From Octopus sinensis (taxonomy: Eukaryota): a stretch of DNA of 64,000 nucleotides. A model generated the notes under the pieces. The model ran no database searches. It was not told the origin of the DNA and worked only from the letters and a program-made list of their open reading frames with translations. Position numbers and translations under genes: made by a program. The stretch lies in the NCBI RefSeq assembly GCF_006345805.1, contig NC_042999.1, positions 3,782,001 through 3,846,000 on the forward strand, in the 5' to 3' direction. Positions within the stretch are counted from its first letter, which is position 1. Every line of letters starts with the position of its first letter. Below are positions 13,972 through 25,699 of the stretch, one piece after another.

Positions 13972-14496
13972 TTAACCCTTAACCATTAAAACTGGCCATA
14001 TCTGGCCAAAATATTCTGCCACTTTTACATTCAAACTGGCTTAGTTCAACATCTCACATCTACTTGACAATGTTATGGTGAAAATAAACCATCAGATCAT
14101 TGAATTCTTGAAGCCACAAAGATAATGAGTGATTAATTCAAATCAATGTGAATAAATAAACTTTACATCATCATCATCATCGTTTAACATCTGCTTTCCA
14201 TGCTAGCATGGGTTGGACGATTTGACTGAGGACTGGCGAACCACATGGCTGCACCAGGCTCCAATCTGATTTGGCAGAGTTTCTACAGCTGGATGCCCTT
14301 CCTAATGCCAACCACTCTGAGTGTGTAGTGGGTGCTTTTACATGCTGCCAGCACAAGGGCCAGTTAGGTAGTACTGGCAACGGCCATGCTCAAATGGTGC
14401 TTTTTATGTGTCACTTGCACAGGAGCCAGTCCAGTGGCACTGATGACAGCACTGGCAACAAGTACATTTGATAATAAAATAATGCTAAAGAGTTAA
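13972..14496. mobile_element. piggyBac-type MITE (TTAA ends) interrupted by a family D insertion at ~14167-14460
   Basis: TTAACCCTT at the left end and AAGAGTTAA at the right. The body is homologous to the uninterrupted copy at 42771-43001. Confidence 0.65.
14167..14460 (-). mobile_element. Family D RTE-tailed element with about two VNTR units
   Basis: (CAT)n CGTTTAACATCTGCTTTCCATGCTAGCATGGGTTGGACG...GGATGCCCTTCCTAATGCCAACC followed by GGTGCTTTT units. Confidence 0.85.
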
Positions 14497-14721
14497 CCCC
14501 AACTGAACATTGAGGATGTGGCAGAGAGAAAGAGAGAAAGGATTGCTAAACATGTGGAGCCATGTTAAATGAAGTACTTTGCTCATAAAGACAAAGTACT
14601 GCCTGATCTGTTAACTGAACCTACAACCTTATTATTAAAAGCCGAACACTGTAGCTACTGGGCCATGCGCTGCCACATGTTTCTCTCATACACATGTACA
14701 TAGACTCATATCTCTTTACAC

Positions 14722-15130
14722 TTTTACTCTTTTACTTGTTTCAGTCATTTGACTGCGGCCATACTGGAGCACCGCCTTTAGTCGAGCAAATCGACCCCGG
14801 GACTTATTCTTTGTAAGCACAGTACTTATTCTATCGGTCTCTTTTGCCAAACTGCTAAGTGACGGGGACGTAAACACACCAGCATCGGTTATCAAGCAAT
14901 GCTAGGGGGACAAACACAGACACACGAACATATACATACACATACATATATATATATACATATATACGACAGGCTTCTTTCAGTTTCCGTCTACCAAATC
15001 CACTCACAAGGCATTGGTCGGCCCGGGGCTATAGCAGAAGACACTTGCCCAAGATGCCACACAGTGGGACTGAACCCGGAACCATGTGGTTGGTTAGCAA
15101 GCTACTTATCACACAGCCACTCCTGCGCCT
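14722..15130 (-). mobile_element. Family A SINE, young
   Basis: Near-consensus full-length reverse copy. Confidence 0.92.
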
Positions 15131-15799
15131 ATAAATATTTTCCTTCATTGTTTTATAGTTTTTCCATGTTTACATGAGTTAGATGATTGTTGCAGAGACA
15201 GTGTTTTGTTCTACAGCTGGATGCCTTCCCTGTTGCTAACTTTTGCTTGTTTATCAAAAATATAATGTGATCAGATGATTTGTTGACAGAAGAAATGACA
15301 ACGACAATACTGTCTGTATATTGCCACCTAGTGAGATATACAAACATACAGGCACACATACACACATGCACACACACACACATGCACACACATATGCATA
15401 CACGCATACACGCACACACAGAGGATAGGCAGGAAGCTGAAAATATGAAGTCACTGCCGCTCCTCTTCTTATGTTTAATAAACATCTACTTTACTCTGCT
15501 GAAAAATCTTGAATAATCCTTCTGTCTAATGTTAATTGTTTTTATATAAAACTTAGCCTAAAAACAGGATATGAAATAATAAAGTTTGTTATTGATAATA
15601 TATTGTGACTCAAAATTTCATGCTCAGCTGATGATGCTAAACAATCATGAGACATAAGATCTTCTTCATAAGATGTTCTTAAATGTCAAAAACATGGATA
15701 TTTTATTATTCAAAGTTTCTTTTGACATTTTGTAAATGACCGAAGGATATCTAAGTAGTTGATACCTTCCATTTCTTTGGTGCCGAATTAGCTGAGGTC

Positions 15800-16130
15800 A
15801 AGAGTGCTCCAAGAGTATTGTACCAGTTTAAGAACATGAGGGGAAAATGTGTAGGGAGCTGTTACCATTACTAATAATAAAGGCAAACTCTTTCTGAGTG
15901 AAGGAGAGATTATATGATGCCTGTTGGATAAATATAATGCTGAATAGTAATAGAACATGGCTTTTGAGCATTAAATGCCTTCTGTTATTCAGTATGAGTG
16001 AACGGAGAAAATAACTGAATATAATAGGAATTAGAGAAGTCTGATAGAAGGTTGAACTGGTATGGACATGTGATGCATATAGACGATGACAACTGAGTAA
16101 AGAAGTGATAGGAAATTGAAGTGAAAAAAA
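15800..16130 (+). pseudogene. RTE-clade LINE ORF C-terminal remnant
   Basis: Translates RRLNWYGHVMHIDDDN*VKK near 16046, resembling the RTE motif RLRWxGHV. It contains stops. Confidence 0.6.
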
Positions 16131-16133
16131 CAT

Positions 16134-16495
16134 TCATCATCATCGTTTAACGTCCACTTTCCATGCTAGCATGGGTTGATCTGGCAGAGTTTCTACAGCT
16201 GGATGCCCTTCCTAACGCCAACTACTCCGAGAGTGTAGTGGGTGCTTTTTACTTGCCACTGGCATGGGTGGGGGGGCAGTCAGGCGGTACTGGCAACGAC
16301 CTCTCGCGAATCCTTTTACACATGCCACCGGCACAGGTGCCAGTAAGGCGACGTTGGTAATGATCATGCTCGAATGGTGCCCTTTTATATGCCACAGGCA
16401 CGGAAGCCAGTTAGCCGCTCTGGCAATGATCACGCTCGGATGGTGCTCTCGGCACCCTACTAGCACGGGCACAAGTGCCAGTAAGGCGATGCTGA
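16134..16495 (-). mobile_element. Family D element with about four GC-rich VNTR units
   Basis: (CAT)n tail, then GGATGCCCTTCCTAACGCC, then repeated GGTGC...GCCAC.GGCAC units. Confidence 0.85.
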
Positions 16496-17088
16496 AAAAA
16501 ATTAAACAAGAAAGTCATAAGAAAAAATGGTGGGGGCTGATCCTATTCGACACAAAGGTGGCTGGAGACTGGGAAAAAAAAATTATTTTTTTAGAGGACA
16601 TTTGTCCAACCACAAGCATGGAAGAAATGACTGTAAAATAAATAATGTACACATATATATGTGTATAGATCGATGATCGATATAGGTATTTCATCATCAT
16701 TTAACATCCATACTCCATGCTGATGTGGGTTGAACAGCCTTGAGGAGATTCTGTGAATTGGAGGACTGCTTTGAGCTCCAGTGTCTGCTTTGGTATGGTC
16801 TCTACAGTTGGAAGCCCCAAAGTGCACTGGGTACTTTTTTGCATGTACCAGTAGTAATGAGGTCGCCAAGTGTCTTGCAAAGACAAAGAAGAAACCTCCT
16901 CAGCTGAGTGTGGTTGTAGTAAAGGAGGTGGTGGCTTTATGCCAGGTGTTGAGCAGCTAATGTATGAGGAACTGGCAAGGTGTCTTGCTATAGAAGAGAT
17001 ACATGGCTACCTCACATATAGGAGTATGTAGGAGTAAGCAAGAAAGAATATATACATACTTAGAAGGTGAAACAGAATTAAGAGTATA

Positions 17089-17500
17089 GGCGCAGGAGTG
17101 ACTGTGTGGTAAGTAGCTTGCTAACCAACCACATTGTTCCGGGTTCAGTCCCACTGCGTGGCATCTTGGGCAAGTGTCTTCTGCTATAGCCCCGGGCCGA
17201 CCAATGCCTTGCGAGTGGATTTGGTAGACGGAAACTGAAAGAAGCCTGTCGTATATATGTATATATATATGTGTGTGTGTGTGTGTGTATGTGTTTGTGT
17301 GTCTGTGTTTGTTCCCCTAGCATTGCTTGACAACAGATGCTGGTGTGTTTATGTCCCCATCACTTAGTGGTTCGGCAAAAGAGACCGATAGAATAAGTAC
17401 TGGGCTTACAAAGAATAAGTCCCGGAGTCGATTTGCTCGATTAAAGGCGGTGCTCCAGCATGGCTGCAGTCAAATGACTGAAACAAGTAAAAGAGTAAGA
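17089..17500 (+). mobile_element. Family A SINE, young
   Basis: Near-consensus full-length copy. Confidence 0.92.
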
Positions 17501-18409
17501 AAAGTGATAAAATATAGAACTGCAAACTGGTGGAAGATGAGTTCAAATACAGAGCTGTTCTTTCAGTGTATTTGTGGAGAACAATTTACACTTTATTGCA
17601 TCAGTTTACCAAACAGTAGAGAATCAATTCCACTCTAAGTCCATGAGACTCTGCCTCTCAAGCAATCTCTCATCATTCCTTGCAGCCTCTCTCACTGATG
17701 GATCTAGACTCAAGCTGAGATTATCCATTCACAAAAGTGGCAATTTTTTGCGCATTAAAATGTACGCCTACGGAGTTTTCACCACCAGAAATAGGTTTAC
17801 CTTAGTCTCAAGAAATTCTCATAACCTGATAATGGAGATGAACATACACACACGCACTCTCAAATACCAGTACACACACAAACATCCCATCCACATACAC
17901 ACACATACATACAAGTATCCCAGTCACATGCAGACACCCACACACATCCACCCCACCTCCTACATACATGTATTGTTGAAATTGAGATTACTCTGTTACT
18001 AAGAAATCTGTGGAAATATCACTGATCAGAAATGATTTCTGATATCTAAAACATGATGTTTCTTTATAATAAAATAATATGCATGGGCGGTCATCACAGA
18101 AATAAAATTTTTATATTAAGAAAAAAACAGAAAACATGAAAATATACAAAACAAAAATAAAATAAAATGACCGTGTATATATTGAAATGAAAGGAAAACA
18201 GAAGCAGAACAAAAGCTGTATGTGTATGTCTATTTCCACACACTCACACACACACATACACATGCACACACACACACAAACTCGTGCAAAGAGAATTGTA
18301 CATAAGTGAATGTGTCAATAGCAAAAGGAAGAGGATGTGGTTTCAATTCATTTCCTATAATTCATTCAAAGCTTATGGATATCTTTTGGAGTATCCATTT
18401 ATCTATATG

Positions 18410-18714
18410 ATCTTCTTCTTCTTCTTCTTCTTCTTCTTCTTCTTCTTCTTTTTCTTCTTCTTCTTCTTCTTCTTCTTCTTCTTCTTCTTCTTCTTCTTCT
18501 TCTCTTCTTCTTCTTCTTCTTCTCCTTCTCCTCCTCCTTTCTTACATAGATAGATAGGTATGTAGGTAGGTAAGTTGATAGATGGATAGATAGATAAATA
18601 GGTAGGTAGGTTGATAGATAGATGGATAGATAGATAGATAGATAGATATATAGATAGATAGATAGATAGACAGATAGATAGATAGTTAGATAGATAGATA
18701 GATAGAAAGGTAGG

Positions 18715-18776
<62 letters not shown>

Positions 18777-18795
18777 CATAGATAGATAGACAGAC

Positions 18796-18834
<39 letters not shown>

Positions 18835-18849
18835 AGATAGAAATGTAGG

Positions 18850-18884
<35 letters not shown>

Positions 18885-18905
18885 GTAAGTAGGTAGGTAG
18901 ATAGA
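18410..18905. repeat. (CTT)n followed by (GATA)n compound microsatellite
   Basis: Directly visible. Confidence 0.95.
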
Positions 18906-19299
18906 CAGGTGTGTGCCTGCATGTACTTATCCAAGTATCTGTCTATCTGTATCAGGTTATTTCAAACTATTTTCATCCCCATCTCTCAAAATAACTATTC
19001 TTACATCTATCAATATATCCACCTCTCTTGAAAACAAAACTTCAATTTGTGTTTCTACTTGAATTTCTGTCTGTCTATTTTTTAATTTTTTATTTATATG
19101 TTGTCCATCTCTCCCAAATAAAGACATATGTACACATTTGGGATATATATATATATATGTATGCATGTATGACTGTATATATATAAACGCACATATACAA
19201 CCATATGGTTTTATTTGTATGTTCTTTCTGTTTCTCTCTCTCTCTCTGCATTACATGTATATATATATATATATATCTACACACGCACACACACACACA

Positions 19300-19424
19300 C
19301 ACATATATATGTCGTCTTTCCATATATCCATAACTAACCATGAGGCTGTCAATCATCAAAGTGTTTGTCACTCGATAACATAATCCATACAATTGTCAAC
19401 GCATCCATTGACCTTTCTATGTGC

Positions 19425-19472
<48 letters not shown>

Positions 19473-19588
19473 GTCGTCTTTCCATATATCCATAACTAAC
19501 CATGAGGCTGTCAATCATCAAAGTGTTTGTCACTCGATAACATAATCCATACAATTGTCAACGCATCCATTGACCTTTCTATGTGCCT

Positions 19589-19612
<24 letters not shown>
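19300..19612. repeat. Tandem duplication, period ~162 bp, bounded by (AC)n
   Basis: GTCGTCTTTCCATATATCC...CTTTCTATGTGCCTAC occurs at 19311 and again at 19473. Confidence 0.9.
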
Positions 19613-19619
<7 letters not shown>

Positions 19620-21115
19620 CATATACACATCACATACATACATAAATATATATACATATATATATAAATCTATGTATTTCTTTTTCTGTATCAGTTCTTC
19701 ATCAGTATATTTTCTGAACACTCACTCACAACCAAGTATAAACACAATATAATCATGTGCAAAATTGCTCACAAACAGACATACGCCTATACGTATCTAT
19801 CCCGTGCATCAAGATCATTTCATATAAACTTTCTGTCCCAGTGTGAAATGGACAGATCACTAAAGTCCATCTTAGTTCTTATTCAGAGTCACTTCCTTTC
19901 TTACAAAGGTCAGGAAACCATTCATGTTTGTTCAGCTTTTTTTTGGCATGGCTTCTACAATTGGATGTCCTTCATAACACCAATCCTTTTACAAAGTGGC
20001 CTATCTCTATATTCTGAGTTCAAATTCTGCTGAGGTCAACTTTGCCGTTCATCCTTTTGGGGTCGATAAATTAAGTACTAGTTGTGTATTGAGGTTGATC
20101 TAATCGACTGGTCTCCTCCCCCAAAATTTCGGGCTTTGTGTCTAGAGTAGAAAAAAAAAAGTCGTCCTGGGGGCATTTTAGTAAGGCTCCAACCTAGAGA
20201 AGTTGCGTAGTTCTTGACAAGATTAATGGGTCCCTGGAACCAATACTGTCTTTCCTCATTCATAAAACCATTTTACATAGTGTATCGAGTACATTTTATC
20301 ATGACAGCTGTACTAGCAAGGTTGCCATGAACATGCATATGCATTCCTACATGTGCACACACACACACACACATATATTCACCTCCTTATGCACAGAACA
20401 ATCTATAAGTGCCTGTTAATAGGTCTCTGCCCAGTGATACACATACAAATAACTGTATTTACTTGTACACATCTACAAATGCCTATACACACGTTCATGT
20501 GCATAAAAGTATCCATAAGCTACAAGAAATCATACGCATAACATAAACACACACACATGTAAATACGTTCATTCACAAATGCACATATATACACATATAT
20601 ATATATGTGCAAGCTCACATACACACAAAATCATATGTATGCTTGTTTGCATGCACATACACACATTGGTTCACATCCATCCATTAACCCATCTGTCCAT
20701 CTCTATATTTATAACTATCTGCAAGGCTGTCAGTCACTCGAGTTCGTCCATCCAACCCCATCTCCATATCCCCACTTACATCCCAACATTCATCTGTTTG
20801 TGTCTGTAAGTCCATCTCTACCTCTATTCATACAGCTATCTGCCTACATATGCATGATCGTTTGTCCATCTATATAGCCATCCACATCGCACTTTCTATA
20901 CGTTTGGCTCGGAGGTGGAAGAGAAATACAAGAAAAGTAGCAATTTGAGAAATCACTACCGAAATTATTTATTTATTTATCCATTTATTTGTTTCAGTCA
21001 TTGGACTGCGGCCATGCTTGGGCACTTCTTTCAAGGGTTCAGTTGAACAAACTGATCCGAGTACTTATTCTATCAGTTTCTTTTATGAGGACATAAATGA
21101 CATGATTTATGTTGT

Positions 21116-21272
21116 AGTAAAGGTTGTTTGCCAATACAACATGACAGTCCTGGTTTAGGACTAATGTTGCTGTAATTTAGCCCCAGTTTCTGTAATTTAG
21201 CCCTGAGGCTAATTACAGCAACATTAGTCCTAAACCAGGGCTGTCATGCAGTGTTGGCAAACAACCTTTACT
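21116..21272. repeat. Hairpin with ~65-bp inverted arms (MITE-like foldback)
   Basis: AGTAAAGGTTGTTTGCCAA...CCTGGTTTAGGACTAATGTTGCTGTAATT pairs with AATTACAGCAACATTAGTCCTAAACCAGG...TTGGCAAACAACCTTTACT. Confidence 0.88.
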
Positions 21273-21691
21273 CCAAAGTACTGTTGCTGAATATCTCATG
21301 TTGTGAGATTTAAGAATAGTAATATTTTAATGGTTTGTGTCCTTGTAACATAATTGTTTTTGTCCCCAACCTCTGCTGGACAAGTAAAGAGGGGACAAAT
21401 ACAGGAACACCCATAAACAAACACATACATGCACAGGTGTGTATTGGTGTTCTCAGTGTGTGTGTGTATGTGTGTGTGTTGTGTGTGTGTGTGTCCTTGT
21501 CTTGATATCACAAGAGAGCTGTATATGAATGTCACCATTATAGAAGTGTTTTTTCTTTCCGTTATTCTGTGTAAATATGTCCAGCATTGGTAAAATATTA
21601 TCTGACATGGAAACAGATGAGGGTTGACAACAGGAAGGACATCCAGCCGCAATGAATTCCATCTAACGCATCCACATATGGAAAAATAGAC

Positions 21692-22305
21692 GTTTAAATT
21701 ATTATATATTATATATATATATAACTGTTTAATTCAAATTATTATATATCATATATATAACTGTTTAATTCAAATTATAATATAGTATATATATAAATGT
21801 TTAATTCAAATTACTATATATTATATATATAACTGTTTAATTCAAATCATTATATAGTATATATATATAACAGTTTAATTCAAATTATTATATATTATAT
21901 ATATAACAGTTTAATGCAAATTATTATATATTATATAACAGTTTAATTCAAATTATTATATAGTATATATATAACTGTTTCATTTGAATTATTATATATT
22001 ATATAAATAACTGTTTCATTTGAATTATTATATATTATATATATAACTGTTTAATTCAAATAACTATATATTATATATATAACTGTTTAATTCATATTAC
22101 TATATATTATATATATAACAGTTTAATTCAAAATATTATATAGTATAAATATATATAACTGTTTAATTCAACTTATTATATATTATATATATACCTGTTT
22201 AATTCAAATAACTACATATTATATATATGTTTAATTCAAATTATTATATATAAAACTGTTTAATTTAAATTATGATATATTTATATATATAACTGTTGAA
22301 TTCAC
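21692..22305. repeat. AT-rich minisatellite, ~36-bp unit, about 17 copies
   Basis: Unit is approximately AACTGTTTAATTCAAATTATTATATATTATATATAT. Confidence 0.92.
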
Positions 22306-22351
22306 AAATAAATAAAAAATATCAAGATGGCTATAATATATGACTGTATAA

Positions 22352-22582
22352 GGTGGCGAGCTGGCAGAATCATTAGCACACTGGGCGAAATGCTTAGCAG
22401 TATTTCATTTGCTGTTACGTTCTGAGTTCAAATTCTGCCGAGGTTGACTTTGTCTTTCATCCTTTCGATGTCAGTTAAATAAGTACCAGTTACGCATTGG
22501 GGTAGATGTAATTGACTCAATCCCTCTGTCTGTCCTTGTTTGTCCTCTCTATGTTAATCCTCCTGTGGGCAATAAAGAAATA
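22352..22582 (+). mobile_element. Family B SINE
   Basis: GGTGGCGAGCTGGCAGAATCATTAGCAC...GAGTTCAAATTCTGCCGAGG...AAGTACCAG. Confidence 0.88.
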
Positions 22583-23705
22583 GATATATGAGTGTATATT
22601 CATTTAGTCAAGAAAGCAGCCATGCAGTGTACAAACGTTATTTCAATGTATTTCTCCATATTCTTGGAATATATTTCTACCTCCAACAAGATGTAAGAAC
22701 ACATTTAAATAGCTTACATACACTGTAAGGTCATCATCTTGAATAAAATTGTGTGCGTTGTGTATACTTGTGTATGTGTGTGTGTGTTTGTGGGTGTGCA
22801 TATGTATGCGTTTGTCTCAAGGTTCGGAGAAACAAGCTTTCTTTTAAATCTATTATAGAAAATATGATGAAGCTTCAGTCTTAAATTTCCTCAAAGTGTT
22901 TTCTGCATTTCATTATTAGTCCTCAAAGTATTATTCCAAACAATAAATTCTGAAGATGCATCAGTGTTTCATGATCTCACCAACCTTTTTTCTGGTTGAA
23001 ATGGCTTTAGTAGTGATTGTTATTGCTGTTTTATTGGAGGTTTGAATCATGGGAAAACTATTATATATGTTTCACAGTGATTGTCACCAGATTTATATTT
23101 TCTGGCTCCCTTGGCTTCAAATTTCTTTCAGCAATCAGAAAATTACTTGGCTAAAATGTCTGATATTAGAGCAATACTAAGTTATGCAACCTCTATATTT
23201 TAGACCGTGTATTATTTCTTCTTATACATCTTACACAAGTATTCTAGTTCATTTTTTTTGTTACTGACTTATATCTGTCTCCAGTTTCATTTGAGCTTGT
23301 GTTGCAGTTTCCTCATTTTAGACACCTGGCCATCCATTATGAAAATCTGGTAGTTGGACAGTCTAGATTAACGGTTGAAGTTGCGATATTTACAACATTC
23401 ATGTTATCATGGAGATTTTAAAGATTTTTAAATAAACCTGAGGTTTATTCAACATCTTAAAGCTACTCATCTTTGTTGTTGAGGTTGTAGTCTTTACAAT
23501 ATATGATTGCAATACGACTTTGCCTTTCATCCTTTCGAGGTCGATAAATTAAGTACCAGTTGCATACTGGGGTCAATCTAATCGACTGCTCCCACCCTCC
23601 CCCAAAATTTCAGGCCTTGTGTCTAGAGCAGAAAAGAATAATAAAATATAAAACAAAAGTCTCCAATATAAAATGTTAAAACTAGAATTAGAAGACTTAT
23701 AATAT

Positions 23706-23752
<47 letters not shown>

Positions 23753-24007
23753 ATGTATGTGTGTGTCTGTGTGTGTGTGTGTGTTTGCACTTTGATCATT
23801 TTGACACCTGGATATCTTCAAGTACTATTCAATAAATATTTATAATTCCACCTTAACACAACCAGGTATCAACTCGATCAGAGTGTGAACTATTAAAAAA
23901 AAAAAACGTGAAACTCTACCTTTGTATTTTGTATTGTACACCTCATATGAAAGTAATCAACTTCAGTTAGACCAACTTCAGAATATATATATATATATAT
24001 ACATATA

Positions 24008-24200
24008 TCATCATCATCATCATCATCATTTAGCGTCCGCTTTCCATGCTAGCATGGGGTGGACGGTTCAACTGGGGTCTGTGAAGCCAGAAGGCTGCAT
24101 CAGGCCCAGTCTGATCTGGCAGTGTTTCTACAGCTGGATGCCCTTCCTAACGCCAACCACTCCGTGAGTGTAGTGGGTGCTTTTTACCTGCCACCCGCAC
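24008..24200 (-). mobile_element. Family D element
   Basis: (CAT)n tail, CCATGCTAGCATGG and GGATGCCCTTCCTAACGCCAACC. Confidence 0.85.
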
Positions 24201-24202
24201 AC

Positions 24203-24239
<37 letters not shown>

Positions 24240-24499
24240 TATATGTATGTACATATGTATGTACGTATGTATGTATGTATGTATGTATGTATTGTATGTA
24301 TGTATGTATGTAGTATGTACACATAAGCATGTACATGTATACCACAAAAAAGAAAATGAATCTAAACTATAGATTTTATTTCCAAACTATTTGATTTATT
24401 CTCCTAAAGTTCTTAAAAAGGTATGAATGCTGGAAGAGGATAAAAAGCTTATGAAACAATTGTTTTTGCAGCAACAAAGAGATGGGTTCTTTTGCCAAG

Positions 24500-24930
24500 T
24501 TAAAGGCAGACAGTATTGTGTTGGGTACAAAGTGTAATGCTGCAAGGTAGTATAAACTGGATGCTGAATGCAGAAAGTGTGAAAGCAAAGAAATGAAATG
24601 ATCATGTTCCATTAGATGTGTAATGCTAGAGTGCACCAATGACAGGGCAGAGATAAGCTGAGGGGGAAACTGCACATAACAGGTATTGCTGTAGCGTGCA
24701 AGAGAGAAAATTTTAATGTTATGGACAGGTGATGCAGATGAAGGATGACAGCTGAGCAAGGAAGTGCCAAACAATCCAAGCAGAAGAAACCTGCACAAGA
24801 AGATGGAGGAAGATGTAATGAAAGCTGATCTCAAGAGGCTAAAATCCCTGAAGGATGAGATAAAGGACTGCAACTAATGGCAAGTTTTGTGTTAGCATGC
24901 ATGGAAAAATTAACATAAAAACGCAATGAT
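24500..24930 (+). pseudogene. Decayed RTE LINE 3' region
   Basis: Residual ...VMKADLKRL...IKD..W-like translation, followed by a degenerate RTE tail (GCATGGAAAA...TAAAA). Confidence 0.45.
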
Positions 24931-25699
24931 ACATGCATGTATGTGTGATCATCATCATCATCATCATTTGATGCCTAGTTTCCATGCTGGCATAGGTTGG
25001 GCAGTTTGATAGAATCTGATGAAATTAGAGGACCATGTCATGCTTCTATGTGTAAATTAGCACAGTTGCAATGGCTGGATGCCCTTCCTAAAGCCAAACA
25101 TTTTACAGTGCATATAGAGTACTTTTTTGTAGCACCAGCCAAAAGTGACTCATGAAGAGCTAACAGCAGAGAGAGGTGGGATGAGGGAGAATAAGGAATG
25201 GTTTTCATAGCTGCAATAGGATGGTAGCGGAGAGAGTAGTAGGATAGTCATTAACTGGTTGGAGTCAGGGTTGCTAAATGGTTAAAGCATTTGTTTTGCA
25301 ACAACAAAGCTCCATGTTTCATCCCTCTGTGTCTAATCTAGGGAAAAAAAATCATTTTCTATAGCCTAAGGTTGATCTATACCTTCTGATTGAAACTGGG
25401 TGTAGGGAAACTGTACTGAAGCTACTTGGAAGAACTACACCCACAATTCAAAGGTACAGGCTTTGAAATTTAAAAACACTGTCTCGATTACGCAGGTTGC
25501 AACTGCTAGTAGCTGAGATACCATCTTTCTACATGGAACATAGATATTAAGTGAAATATCAAAAGAAAGTTTTCAACTCATATATATATATATAAAGTAT
25601 ATACATGTGCCTAAAGGCGATGCTCCAGCATGGCCGCAGTCAAATGACTGAAACAAGTAAAAGATAAAAGAGAAAACAAACTGTAATTCAAAAACACGT

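Noticed and set aside
21692-22305. CRISPR-like ~36-bp periodicity
   Set aside because: There are no unique spacers or cas genes and the context is eukaryotic; it is a plain minisatellite.
22810-23460. Possible LINE endonuclease remnant on the minus strand
   Set aside because: Too degraded; only a vague VVNIAT similarity, not enough to call.
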